Origin: Squalus acanthias | Taxonomy: Eukaryota | Reading direction: 5' to 3' | Assembly: GCA_030390025.1 (NCBI GenBank) | Contig: JASTWF010000070.1 | Location: 1,116,001-1,180,000 of the forward strand | DNA: 64,000 nucleotides | Translations under genes and position numbers: made by a program | Shown here: positions 1 to 12,356 of the stretch, piece by piece | Layout of the letters: every line of letters starts with the position of its first letter | Numbering within the stretch: the first letter of the stretch is position 1 | The notes under the pieces: generated by a model | The model's input: only the letters and a program-made list of their open reading frames with translations | The model's database searches: none | What the model was told of the DNA's origin: nothing

Positions 1-261
1 TGTATCATTTGCAAATTTTGAAATTGTGCCTTGTACACCCACTTCCAAGTCATTAATATATTTCTTCCCCCTCCTGCTCAACTTCATTCTGAGTCAGTAT
101 AAGTTTGAATCAAAATGGGAACAACAGGTCTCCCGCCTGAGTGTCTTTAGATTAATTTAAGAACAGGAAACACGAATTTAAGAAAAGTTTATGCATTTCC
201 CCTTTTGAATATAATTTCAATTTTACTGAGTACAGTGTAAGAATTAATTCAGAATGATCAG

Positions 262-615
262 TAATGGGCACCATCCTCCCTTTCTCTGTAACCTCCTCCA
301 GCCCTACAACCCTCCGAGATCTCTGCGCTCCTCCAGTTCTGGCCTCTTGCGCATCCCCCGATTTCCATCGCTCCACCATTGGCGGCCGTGTCTTCAGCTG
401 CCTGGGCCCCGAGCTCTGTGATTCCCTCCCTAAACCTCTCCGCCTCTCTCTCCTCCTTCAAGACACTCCTTAAAACCGACCTCTTTGACCAAGCTTTTGG
501 TCACCTGTCCTAATATCTCCTTATGTGGCTCGGTGTCAAATCGTGTCTGATAATAGCTCCTGTGGGACGTTTTAGTATGTTAAAGGGGCTATATAAATGC
601 AGATTCTTGTTGTTG
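262..615 (+). mobile_element. L2-type LINE 3' fragment
   Basis: Shark L2-like 3' end (ctctgtaacctcctccagccctacaacc...ggctatataaatgcag, ttg tail); homologous to 8.3-8.5 kb and 31.6-31.96 kb. Confidence 0.7.
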
Positions 616-689
616 AATTATGTGTAGGCTTAAAGGTTGTTAAGTGTTCACTCGCATATTTATCCATTTTTAAAATGCGCACTTCCTTT

Positions 690-1484
690 AGTGCTAGACT
701 TTATGTAGAATTTAGACAGAGACATGGAGGGGGCACAAAAGGGATTCAGCAAGTTGATATTAGGGATGAAAGACCTTAATTAGGAAGAGACGCGGTTGGG
801 GATACTGTTAGAACAGAGAAGGTTAAGAGGAAATCTAATAGAGTTTTTCAGTTTTAGCAGGGATTTGGTAAAGTGGATAAGGAAAGACATTTTCCACTTG
901 TCCGTGAGTCGGCAAGAGCATAAAAATAAGATCATTACAAAAAGGAATGAAGATGTTAGCAATCGTTAATGCAGTCGGTTGGTGGGTCAGAGAAGGGCAT
1001 ATTAGGAATAGTCGTGGAAGCAGTTTTGAAGAAGGATGTAATTTAATATTTGAAAAAGAAAAAAAAAGTATGAAGAATGGGTAGGGCAATAGGACTAAGA
1101 GGAACCACCTTCAGAGAAAGGTTACAGGGCGATGGGTGAAAGGGAAAAGGCTGAGCGATTGAGACTAAGGGGCGAGCTCTCTCAGACAGCAATCACAGGT
1201 ACGATGCGCCGAATGACCCTCCTCCTGTACTGGAAAAGTCTGAATCTGGATAGGGACATGTCGTCAAAACTTAAGGAAGGATATACTTGCCATAGAGGGA
1301 GTGCAACGAAGGTTCAGCAGACTGATTCCTGGGATGGGGGGATTGTCCTATGAGGGGAGATTGAGCAGACTAGGCCTATATTCTCTCGAGTTTAGATGAA
1401 TGAGAGGTGATCTCATTGAAACATACACAATTCTTACAGGGCTTGACAGGGCAGAAGCAGGGAGGATGATTCCCCTGACTGGGG
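690..1484 (+). mobile_element. Degenerate CR1 LINE RT 3' fragments
   Basis: MRGDLIETYTILTGLDR motif (ORF 1400+) and other CR1 C-terminal remnants. Confidence 0.75.
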
Positions 1485-1733
1485 AGTCGGTCTTGTTCCA
1501 GTCTTCGCCGGTTCAGACGCTTGCTGTCGGGTCCTTGTTAAACTGCAATGCCAGACGAGGAGGATGGCGCGTCTCGTTGTGTCCTGGTACAGACAGTGGC
1601 AGCGACAGGAATTAAAGCTCGTTTACAAAATGGGCGAATTCGTAAGGACAGCGGGAAGATTTTCCGGCGAGATATGTAATAAATCGGGTAATTATACTCT
1701 GGTCATTGCAAATGTCCAGAGAAATGATTCTGG
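1485..1733 (+). pseudogene. Inverted IgSF V-set exon fragment (non-IgL), frameshifted, truncated before YYC
   Basis: SVLFQSSPVQTLAVG..LNC / VSWYRQ..ELKLVY..GRFSG..NYTLVIANVQRNDSG: B-strand Cys, C-strand WYRQ, RFSG and DSG motifs; frameshift between Cys and Trp. Confidence 0.8.
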
Positions 1734-1785
1734 GCAAGCGTCTGAACCGGCGGAGACTGGAACAAGACCGACTGAGACATAATAA
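1734..1785 (-). pseudogene. 5' start of the same V-set exon in its original orientation
   Basis: Polypyrimidine tract and acceptor tttttgtctccttctcag| then TT ATT ATG TCT CAG TCG GTC TTG TTC CAG TCT CCG CCG GTT CAG ACG CTT (IMSQSVLFQSPPVQTL). Confidence 0.75.
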
Positions 1786-1851
1786 CTGAGAAGGAGACAA
1801 AAAATATTAACAACAGGTTATGGGCCCGAAGCCAACGTCTGGCGGGCCTAC

Positions 1852-1892
1852 CTTGATACCGACAAATCAAAAAAATCCATCTTTAGGCGCAT
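1852..1892 (-). pseudogene. Possible leader exon (1-nt frameshift) of the V-set gene
   Basis: ATG...WIFLICRYQ G|gtagg; 41 nt, one nt too long for a phase-1 join; 66-nt intron to the 1785 acceptor. Confidence 0.45.
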
Positions 1893-2310
1893 GTCGGCTT
1901 CAAAGTTGCGCTGTTGTTATTGGTTGAAATTACCACTTTGCTGAATATCTTAGTTGCTTTTTTAAAGTTAAAGTTGAATGTGAAATTACACATAGAATCT
2001 TACAGCACAGAAAGAGGCCATGCGGCCCATCGTGCCTGTGCCAGCACTTTGAAAGAGCTCTCAAATTAGTCCCACTCCCCCCTGCTCTTTCCCATATAGC
2101 AACTTTTTTTTCCTTTTCAAGTATTTATCCAATTCCCTTTTGAAAGTTACTATTGAATCTGCTTCCACCGCCCTTTCAGGCAGCGCATTCCAGATCACAA
2201 CAACTCACTGTGTAATCCACTTCTCATTATTGATTCTGTCAAAACACTTCTCCTCATTGACTCTATCCAAAACTTTCCCCGCTTTCTTAAAACATCGAAG
2301 GATATCTCAC

Positions 2311-2353
2311 CTTGGAAGAGATGGCACAGCGTGCAGAGGCCGAAGAAGCTCAT
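2311..2353 (-). pseudogene. Intact signal-peptide (leader) exon, probably of the V-set gene
   Basis: ATG AGC TTC TTC GGC CTC TGC ACG CTG TGC CAT CTC TTC CAA G|gtgaga = MSFFGLCTLCHLFQ, phase 1, in frame with the 1785 acceptor. Confidence 0.6.
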
Positions 2354-2679
2354 TGCCGGTGACCCAATCGGTTAAACTCTGGGCCACGGACCGGCAGCTC
2401 GCTGAGAAATGGCTCTCGGTAGATCGGTGCGAGGGAGGTGTGAAATGCAGAGCGAATTGCGGAAATCATGCGCTGTGTTTATTAATAAATGTACGATTAG
2501 ACTGGAAAGCGGTGCCGAGGCAGAAAGCTTTCTGTGGGTTTCCTGTTCATACATGTCAAGTGCTCACACACAGACACACACACGCAGACAGCATCTGTTT
2601 TGCAAAAAGCCCCTCGTTTCAACTCATATTAGTTCGACCACATTTGCAGCACTGTGCATAGTTCTGCTCTCCGTATTGT

Positions 2680-3745
2680 AAGAACATAAGTACATAAGAA
2701 ATAGGAGCAGGAGTCGGCCATTCGGCCCCTCGAGCCTGCTCCGCCATTCAATAAGATCATGGCTGATTTTCCACCTCATCTTCACTTTCCTGCACTATCC
2801 CCATATCCCTTGATACCCTTAATATTCAAAAATCTATCGCTCTCTGTCTTGAATATACTAAACGACTGATCCTCCACAACCCTCTGGGGTAGAGAATTCG
2901 AAAGATTTACCACCCTCTGAGTGAAGAAATGTCTACTCATTTCAGTCCTAAATGGCCGACCCCTGATTCTGAGACTGTGACCCCTGTTTCTAGACTCCCC
3001 AGCAAGGGGAAATATCCTCCCTGCTTCGACCCTGTCAAGCCCTGTAAGAATTCTGCATGTTTCAATGAGATCACCTCTCATTCTTGTAATCTCTAGAGAA
3101 TATAGTCCTAGTCTACTCAATGTTTCCTCATAGGACAATCCCCCATCCCAGGAATCAGTCTGGTGAACCTTCATTGCACACCCTCTATGGCAAGTATATC
3201 CTTCCTTAGGTAAGGAGACCAAAACTGTACACAATACTCCAGGTGTGGTCTCACCAGGGCCCTATATATTTGGAGTAAGGCTTCTTTACTCTTATACTCA
3301 AATCCTCTTGTAATAAAGGCCAATATACCATTTGCTTTCCTCATTGCTTGCTGTACCTGCATGTTAACTTTCAGCGATTCGTGTACAATGACACCCAGGT
3401 CCCTCTGAACATCAACTTTTCCCAATCTCTCACCATTTAAAAAATACGATGCTTTCCTAGTTTTCCTACCAAAGTGGATAACTTCACATTTCTCCACATT
3501 ATATTCCATTTGCCATGTTCTTGCCCACTCACTTAGCCTGTCTATATCCCCTTGAAGACTCTTTGTATCCTCCTCACAACTTACATTCCCACCCAGCTTT
3601 GTATCATCAGCAAACTTGGATATATTACATTTGGTCCCCTCGTCCAAATCATTGTTGTAGATTGTGAATTGCTGAGGCCCAAGCACTGATCCTTGTGGTA
3701 CCCCACTAGTTGCAGACTGCCAACCCTAAAATGACCCGTTTTATT
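2680..3745 (-). mobile_element. CR1 LINE, 3' part of ORF2 (RT) and 3' UTR
   Basis: [32 protein letters not shown] and FFTQRVVN motifs (ORFs 3171-3686, 2782-3234). Confidence 0.9.
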
Positions 3746-4260
3746 ATAAAAAGGATATAGAGGCCCTGGAGAAGGTGCAAATAAGATTCACATTGATAAT
3801 ACTGGAACTGAGAGTTTATAACTATCAGGAAAGATTGAACAGGCTGGAACCTTTTTCTCTAGCAAAGTGAAGGCTGAGGGGTGACCTGATAGAGGTCTTT
3901 AAGATTGTGAAGTGGTTCGATAGGGCAAAAGTAGAGATGATATCTACTCTTGTGGGGGAGACCGAAACTAAAGGTCCTAAATATAAGATAGTCACTAATA
4001 AATCCAATAGGGAATTCAGGAGAAACTTCTTTACCAAAGAGTGTTGAGAATGTGGAACTCGCTACCACAGAGAGTGGTTGAGGCGAAGACACAGATGCAT
4101 TTAAGTGCAAGTTAGATAAATACATGAGGGAGAAAGGGAAAGAAGTATATGGAGATAGAGTGAGCTGAAGTAGGGTGGGTGGCGGCTCTTGAGGAGCATA
4201 AACACCGACACGAACCAGTTGGGCCAAATTACCTGTTTCTCTGCTGTGAGCTCTATATAT
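3746..4260 (+). mobile_element. CR1 LINE 3' fragment
   Basis: aggctgaggggtgacctgatagaggtc...gggaattcaggagaaacttctttacc CR1 3' signature. Confidence 0.8.
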
Positions 4261-4481
4261 TAAAACCCAAATGAAAGGCTACACACAGTTCTAAGCTTTC
4301 AAGGTGTCAGGGTTAGGGCAGCCTCTTTGCTTTGTGCAGTGTCCATGATACTGTTCTGAATGTGAAACTGAGCCCTTAGGCAGGTGGCAGAGTAAGGGGA
4401 GCACCAGACCTCCCTTCTTTAATGGCTGGCAAACTGGGCATGTTTGTCATGATTGGATGTAACGATGGTCGCCCTGTTTAA

Positions 4482-4945
4482 CGAAAGAAAGACTTGCACT
4501 GATACAGCGCCTTTCATGACCCCAGGACGTCTCAAAACTCTTTACAGCAAATGAAGTACCGTCTGACGTATAGCCACTGCTGTAATGAAGGGAACGTGGC
4601 AGCCAATTTGCGCACAGCAAGCTCCCACAAGCAGTAATTTGTTAATGACCAGCGATCCTGTAATTTAGTGATGTTGGTTGAGGGATAAATATTGGCCTCA
4701 GGACACCGGGGAGAACTTCCCTGCACTTCTTCGAAATAGTGCCATGTGATTATTTACGCGAGAGGGCAGACGGGGCCTCGGTTTAACATCTCATCCAAAA
4801 GACTGCACCTTCGACAGTGCAGCGCTCTCTCAGTACTGCACCGGGGGTCTCAACCTAGATTGTGTGCTGAAGTCTCTGGAGTGGGACATGAACCCACGAC
4901 CTACTGATAGAGACCAGAGTGCTACAAACTGAGCCTCAGCTGCCC
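4482..4945 (-). mobile_element. tRNA-headed DeuSINE (SacSINE1-like)
   Basis: Minus-strand tRNA-like head (ggctcagtttgtagcac...gggttcatgtccc, A/B-box-like), central domain and tctttc tail. Confidence 0.7.
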
Positions 4946-5359
4946 CTGTTTAGCTCTCCAGGTGCCCTCACCACAAGAGGGCAGACCATCGTGTCAGGCA
5001 AGAGGTGGCAGCCAATTTCAGTGCCATGTACAATACATGCAGGATCTGGGAGCAGGAGGAATATTTGACGGAAGCTGCCATGATGAGACTATGCTAACAT
5101 GTCGTTGTAATTTATAATTCCAAGTAGGACTCAGGCAATGAGACTGGGATCATTAGCAGTTTAATAGTACTTCAGCGACAAAGAGTTTCCAAACATGGGC
5201 CTACATACTAACAAAGAGGCTTCCCATCGGGGCACCAAGAGATGATCATACCATGCACTTAGCCACGATGCTCTGCCAAAAACCTCCTTGCATATAGCTC
5301 TTTATGGAATAGGAATCTCACAGCCCCTCAGGCACCCCACATTTATGATTGATGCAGAA

Positions 5360-5645
5360 TTTTTTTTATTCATTCATGGGATGTGCGCATCACTGGAAAA
5401 GTCAGCATTTATTGGCCATTCCTAATTGTCCTTGAGACGATGGTGGTGAGCAGCCTTCTTGAACCACTGCTGTCCACGTGGTTTGGTAAAACTGAGTGGC
5501 TTGCTAGGCCATTTCAGAGGGCAGTTAAGGAGTAAGATATAGGCCAGACCGGGTAAGGGCAGCATATTTCCTTCCCTAAAGGACATTAGTGTGCCAGATG
5601 GGTTTTTACGACAATCCGGTAGTTTCGTTGTCATCATTACTGAAC
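5360..5645 (-). mobile_element. Shark SINE 3' fragment (HE1-like)
   Basis: QQWFKKAAHHH-type tail and gaaaaacccatctggcacactaatgtcctttagggaagg segment typical of elasmobranch SINEs. Confidence 0.55.
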
Positions 5646-6029
5646 CGTTTAATGCCTTGATTCCTCATTGATCATTACTTGATGGTCTCTTGGTGTTAAA
5701 AAAAACTTACATGGTCGGTGCTAATACCTAGTCTACGAGGGCCTTCTCTCGGTGACTTTACTTGCTGTGTCCAAATGAGACCCAGCAGACAGCAGCTTCA
5801 CACAACACACGGGGCCTCGGGGGAGAAGAATTAAGTTCTTGACTTTCTAGTTGCGTCCGATTACCACGGGGTGGCGCTGCTTCTTGTTCCTCAGGATGTA
5901 ACTTCCAATGTGATTAAAGGGATCTAAGTGGAAACAGAAACATTCAGCAGGTCAGGCATCTTTGGAGAGAGAAATAGAGTTAACGATTCAGGCCAATCAC
6001 TTTTATCAGAACTGTGATCCATTATTGTC

Positions 6030-8325
6030 TAACGGTACTCACAGCGGTATGCACAGAGCGGGAACAAAATGGAGTGTACTTAAACAGAGTGTTTTATTTG
6101 GGAATTTGGAAAGAGTGGGAATTCGGAGAAGAGGGGGAAGGATTTGCTGCTTTCTGCCTACTCGACTTGTAGTGCTTTGTGTAACAGGTAAATATTTAAT
6201 TTCAGTACCCATAACTTAATCTAGATCAAGTAAGTTGTCAAGAAACTACAGTGTGAACTAAGTTACCGAATTACATATGTAATTAAATTAATTAATTAAA
6301 ACAAGGTCATATAGGGAAGGCAGTGCAGGTGGTGTGCCGCAACTGCAGCATCTGGGATTTTGTGGAGAGTATTGGGATCCCGGACAACCACGTTTGCAGT
6401 AAGTGCCTGCATGTTGAGGAAAGTCAGCACAGAGTTTTTGAGCTGGAGTCTGAGGTTCAGACAATGCGGGGCATCAGGGATGGGGAGAGTTACCTGGACA
6501 CTTTGATCCAGGAGGCAGTCGCACCACTTAGGATATGTAGTGGTACAGGGCTGGTTGGTGGTCAGGGACAGGATGGTGTGACTGCAACTCAGGCAGGTAA
6601 GTGGACCCCAGGTACAGTGCTGGAGGAGCCTCAGCCTTTGCCCTTCTCCAACAGGTATGAGGTTCTTGCTGCCTGTGTGGATGAGGGAAAAGTCTGCAGG
6701 GTGGATGAGCAAGCTGAACATGGCACCATGGTGCAGGAGGCCTTTCAAGTGGCGGGAGTGAAAAGGAATGTAGTTGTGGTAGGGGGCAGTATAGTCAGGG
6801 GGATAGAAACTGTTCTCTGCAGCCGCGACCAAGGGTTCTGCGGTTTGCAGTGTTAATGACATCTCCTCGTGGCTGGAGGAGAACTTGGAGTGGGAGGGAG
6901 AAGATCCAGTTGTCGTGGTCCATGTAGGAAGCAACGACATAGGTAGAACAACAATGAGGTTCTGTTGAGGGTGTTTGAGGAGCTAGGATCAAAATTAAAA
7001 AGCAGAACCTCAATGGTAATAATCTCTGGATTGTTACATGAGCCACGTGCAAATTGGCATAGGGACAAACAGATTAGAGGTTTAAAAGCGTGGCTCAACG
7101 AGAGGTGTGGGAGGAAGGAGTTTCAGTTCATGGGGCAGTGGCACCAGTACTGGGGAAAGAGGGAGCATTTCCGTTGGGACGGGCTCCACCTAAACCAGGC
7201 TGGGACCTGGTGAACCGAATAACTAGGGCAGTAGACAGGGATTTAAACTAATGAAGGGGTGGAGGGTGGGAGGATTCAGGAAAGAGTAAATTTAAAAGCA
7301 GCGAGAGAAATGTCAATGCTCTGGAGCAGAATAGAGTTTTGGGTAAAAATAAGCAGAGTGGGTCAGGAAGGGACAAAAAGAGTAACAAAGGCAATAAGGC
7401 ATCAGTGACTAAGGTGACATCAGGGTAAAATAGAAATAAGTCAAATCTAAGGGCACCATATCTGAATGAGTGAATCATTCACAGCAAAATAGAGGAATTA
7501 ATAGCGCAGCAAGAAATTAATAGGTTTGATCTAATAGCCATTACGGAGAAATGGTTGCAATGTAGCCAAGTTTGGGAACTAAATATTCCAAGATACTTAA
7601 CTTTTAGAAGAGATAGGCAAAATGGAAAAGGAGGAGGGGTAGCCTTGATAATAAAGAATGGGATAAAGACAGTAGAGAGAAAGGATCTTAGCTCCGAAAA
7701 TCAACAAGTAGAATCAGGTTGGGTGGAGCTAAGAAACAGCAAGGGTCAGAAAGCATTGGTGGGAGTTGTTTATACGCCCCCAAACAGTAGCTGTAATGTA
7801 GGGCAAAGTATAAATCAGGAAATTAGAGTTGCATGTAACAAGGGTAATAGAGTAATCATGGGGGACTTTCATCTAACTATAGATTGGTCAAACCAAATTT
7901 GCAGTAATAGTGTGGAGGACGAATTTATGGAATGTATGCAAGATAGTTTTCTAGATCAGTATGTTGAGGAACCAACTAGGGAACAGGCTATTTTAGATCT
8001 ATTGTTGCACAATGAGAAAGGGTTAATTAATAACCTTGTAGTAAAGGGGCCTTTAGGGAAGAGTGACCATAATATGATTGAAATTTATATTGGGCTTGAA
8101 AGTGATTTAGTTAAATCCGAAACTAGGGTCTTAATTCTAAACAAAGCATACTATGTAGGTATGAGGGGCGAGTTGTCTAAGGTAGATTGGGAAACTATAT
8201 TGAAAGATATGATGGTAGCGATGCAATGGCTAGCATTTAAAGAATTAATACATAATTTACAACAAATATATATTCCTTTAAGGCACAAACCCCCACAGGA
8301 AAAGTGGTCCAACTGCGGCTAACAA
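6030..8325 (+). mobile_element. CR1 LINE 5' part: ORF1 (zinc finger + SGNH esterase) and ORF2 AP endonuclease, disrupted
   Basis: CRNCSIW..HVCSKC zinc finger; VVVGGSIVRG / VHVGSND / WDGLHLN esterase; GGGVALII, MGDFH, LDL, SDHN endonuclease motifs. Confidence 0.9.
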
Positions 8326-9410
8326 GAGAAGAGCCGGAGAGGTTTAGGGAGGGAATTCCAGAGCTTAGGGCTCAGGAAACTGAAGGCACGGTCACCAATG
8401 GTTGAGCGATTATAATCAGGGACGCTCAAGAGGGCAAAATTAGAGGAGCACAGAGATCTCGGCGGGTTATGGGGCTGGAGGAGATTACACATATAGGGAG
8501 GGGTGAGGCTATGGAGGGATTTGATAACAAGAATGAGAATTTTGAAATCGAGGCATTGCTTAACCGGGAGCCAAGGTCAGCGTGCACTGGGATGATGGGC
8601 GAACGGGAATTGGCACGAGTTAGTACATGGGCAGCCGAGTTTTGGATGGCCTCAAGGTTATGTAGGGTAGAACGTGGGAGACCGCCCAGGAGCACGTTGG
8701 ACTAGTCAAGTCTAGAGGTAACAAAGGCATGGATGAAGCTTTCAGCAGTGGATGTTCTGAGGCAAGGGCGGAGAAGGAAGATGTTACGGATGTGGAAATA
8801 GACGGTCTTAGTTATGCCATGGATATGTGGTTGCAAGCTCGTTTCAGGGTCAAATATGACAAAAGGTTGCAACCAGTGTGGTTTAGCCTCAAACAGATGC
8901 GAGGGAGAGGGACGGAGTCAGTGGCTTGGTAATGGAGTTTCTGGCAGGGACCGAAGCAATATCTTTGCACTTCGCAATATTTAATTGGAGAATATTTCTG
9001 CTCATCCAGAACTGGATGTCAGACAAGCAGTCTGACAACTTAGAGACCGTGGAGGGGTCAAGAGAAGTGCTGGTGAGGTAGAGCTGGGTGTCGTCAGCGT
9101 GCATGTGGAAACGGACGCTGTGTTTGCGGATAATGTCCCCAAGGGGCAGCATGTAGATAAGAAATAGGAGGGGGCCGAGGATAGATGCTTGGGGGGCACC
9201 AGAGGTAACGATGCAGGAGCAGGAAGAGAAGCCATTGCAGTTGATTCTCTCGCAATGATTAGATAGATAATAATGGAACCAGGTGAGTGCATTCCTACCC
9301 AGCTGGACGGCGGTGGAGAGTCGTTGGAGGATGATGGAGTGGTTAATCGTGTCAAAGGCTGCAGACAAGTCAAGAAGGACGACGGTGGATAGTTTACCTT
9401 TGTCACAGTG
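8326..9410 (-). mobile_element. L2-type LINE RT fragment
   Basis: SAAFDTINHSII, SGAPQASILGPLLF, HADDTQLY motifs (ORF 8889-9368). Confidence 0.9.
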
Positions 9411-11152
9411 AGCTGCTGAAGATTAAGGTTTGGAAACCAAACAGCCACGTGACGTGTTGTATCAGTATAACCCTTATCCTTTAGTTTAATATAGGCTAGT
9501 GGTCTCAAGAGATAGAGAGATTAATAATATTTATTGATCAATATACTTGTAGAAACTTAGCACATTCAGTGCCATGAGAATGACCACAACTGGACTTACA
9601 AGCACAGCTATTTAATTATGCAAGGCAAGCGTGGTGTTAGTACGTCAGAACGTTTCTCGTATGTGCGATTATTACGTAAGCACGCAGGGTTAAAATGCGA
9701 GAGCGTTCGTGGTCACGCAGGCTACTCTCCCACCTCCCACCTCCCCCGCTCCACCCACCCCCATCCCTTGCACATGCTCATTGGCGACACTCTCTGTCCG
9801 GTGTTCTCTGGACATTTCACATGTATGATTAACCATATTCAGAATCCTCACTTGCTGATCTAGGAACACAGGAACAGGAGTAGATCCACAGTGGATTACC
9901 TCACATTCCCTCACATTGAGCGACATCTGTCACATTTCAGTCCACTCACAACCTGTATATCTCCGCTTGTAAAGTCCTGCTCCCATCTACACAAGTTACT
10001 GTGCCTTCTTACGTTACGCCTCCTGAAAGCTTAGATATATCTCTCTCTATTCCTTCAACCAAGTCATTAATAAATATGGTGGAAACATTGAGGCCCCAGA
10101 ATGGATCCCTGGGGAACACCACTTTTCAGATCCTGCCAATCTGAGTACCTCCTCTTTATCCCCAATATCTGTCTCCTACCTCCCAACTAATTTCCAACCC
10201 AAATCAAAAGACTACCCCCAATTCCATGCACTCTCATGTTTTCCCAGAATCTGTTGTATGGAACTTTATTGAATGCCTTGTGGGGGTCCATATAGGTAAC
10301 ATCCATAGACACTCCTTTCTCTATCTGACTAGTGACCTACTTAAAATAATCAACTAGATTAGTCAGACATGAGCTAATCTTGAACAAAGCCATGCTGGCC
10401 CGCTCTGATCAGGACATATTTGCTTAAGTGATCAGTTAATCTATCCTTAATGACAGATTCTATTAACTTCCCCACAACTGACGTTATACTGACAGGCCGG
10501 TGGTGACCTGGTTTATTTCTCCCACCCTACTTAAATTATCCAGTATCTGGAGCACTGTGTAGAGGTTCTGCGTCCCCGCATCTCAGAAAGGATATACTGG
10601 AGGGAGTTCTGCGCAAAATCACCAGAATGTTACCAGGGATCCAAGGGTTAAATTATGAGGAGTGATTACATAAACTAGGCTTGGATTCCCTGGAATAAAG
10701 AATATTAAGGGGTGATTTGATTGAGGTTATTAGGATGTTGTAAGGGATTGATAGGGTAGACAGAGAGAAACTACTCCTCTGGTGGGGTCGTCCAGAACAA
10801 CGGTGCAAAACCTTAAAATTAAGAAATGCAATCGGGAATTCAGGCGAAACCTTTTATACCCAGAGAGTGGTGAGAATGTGGAACTCGCTAGCATAAGGAA
10901 TAGTTGAGGCGAAAAGCAGAGAAGTATTTAAGGGGAAGCTCGAGAGGTACATGAGGTCGAAAGGAATAGAAGGATATATTGATGGAGTGAGATGAATAGG
11001 GGTGGGAAGTGGATCGAGTGGAGCATAAACACCGGCATGGATCAGTTGGGCTGAATGTCCTGTTTGTTCTGTACATTCTATGTAATCCACTCAATGTCCC
11101 TTTAAGTGCTGAGTAAATACGAACCACTTTAAGCTAGTGGCAACATTTCATG

Positions 11153-11158
11153 TTTATT
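11153..11158 (-). terminator. Polyadenylation signal, cluster 1
   Basis: AATAAA ~300 nt after the C stop, conserved in all four units. Confidence 0.6.
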
Positions 11159-11457
11159 AAGAGCTGTGTTACACAAGTTCCCAATCACCATATGATCACA
11201 GACTAAAGGGAAATCTGGCCCAATTCTACACACAGCGAAAGTTTACACACAAGATATTGGGGACATTTGTACAGAAAGTTCCATCTCGCAATCATTTCGC
11301 TCTCTTCTGATATTATTAAACATTCGGGTTGTTTGCCAACAACTAAAATTGCTACTGCGATTACATTGCAAGAAAGGCTGATTGCACACATCGAATGATC
11401 TGTTTCGTTACATTAAACACTAGCAAAATTCAAACTCCACTGCCAACTTGCACCGCC

Positions 11458-11787
11458 TCAATCGGAACACGAGGAGGCACTGACGGTCTTGAGAAGAGGC
11501 CAGCTCAGGGAGCCGTGGCTGACGCTACAGGAATAGCTGGACCCCTTTTTTCCAGGCGGCGGCGGGGACTCTCAGGTAACTGCTCAGGCTGTACGTTTGA
11601 TCGCTGTCCGGGGACACGGCGCCTGTCGTCACCCCGCTGTCTGTCCCTTGGCCATCCACACTCCAGCGGAGCCGCACCAAGCCCGGCTTAAAGCGACTCA
11701 ACAGGCAGGACAGAGTGGCCGATCCCGAGCCGATTTCTTCCGAGGATGGAGGGAGCAGTAGAACCGAGGGGCTTCGATCCTCGCTGC
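11458..11787 (-). pseudogene. IgL: IgL sigma-cart constant exon, cluster 1 (frameshift)
   Basis: SSEDRSPSVLLLPPSSEE..ATLSCL..WSVDG; 330 nt vs 329 in the other copies; 1-nt insertion in the T-run at ~11546-11551 before the second Cys. Confidence 0.9.
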
Positions 11788-12191
11788 CTGTGTGTGGGGG
11801 GAGAGAAAATTCATTAGTTTATGGAATCCGTCAGCAGTGGGACGCTCTGATCTGAAATCAAAGACGCCAAAGAACCCCCCGAACAACATTCACTGTAAAA
11901 TAAATTACTGATTAATACAGGAGTTCCAATAAATTCTTAAATCTCTAATTCCTCTGCTCCTCTGCCAATTCTTGTCCCTACATTACAACAGTGACTTGGT
12001 TCAAAAGTATTACATTGGCTGTAAAGCGCTTTGGGACGTCGTGAAGTCGTGAAAGGAGCNNNNNNNNNNNNNNNNNNNNNNNNNNNNNNNNNNNNNNNNN
12101 NNNNNNNNNNNNNNNNNNNNNNNNNNNNNNNNNNNNNNNNNNNNNNNNNNNNNNNNNNNNNNNNNNNNNNNNNNNNNNNNNNNNNNNNNNN

Positions 12192-12356
12192 GAAAATGCT
12201 GGAAATACAGACCGGGTCAGTCAGCATGTGTGAGGCGGAAAGATCAGTAACTGACCAGTTCAGGTGCAGGTTGCACCCCCGGAACCGCACTAACCTGTCT
12301 GTTCCCGTTACAGACACTGACCGACCGGCCGTGTATTCTCAGCACTGTCTGTTTTT
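12192..12356. repeat. Imperfect inverted-repeat (hairpin) interspersed element in J-C intron; copies ~25190-25355, 40185-40350, 54048-54212
   Basis: gaaaatgctggaaatacagaccgggtcagtcag...ctgaccgaccggccgtgtattcccagcattttc (best preserved in copies 2-3); related fragment at ~5930-6015. Confidence 0.65.

Noticed and set aside
4880-4945. tRNA-like A/B boxes
   Set aside because: SINE head, not a foldable tRNA gene.
5100-5880. Possible LTR-like sequence split by a SINE
   Set aside because: TATA/polyA-like words are present, but termini and TSD could not be defined.
11698-11889. ORFs overlapping the C exon start (..HTQAARIEAPRF..)
   Set aside because: Alternative-frame shadows of the C exon and intron.
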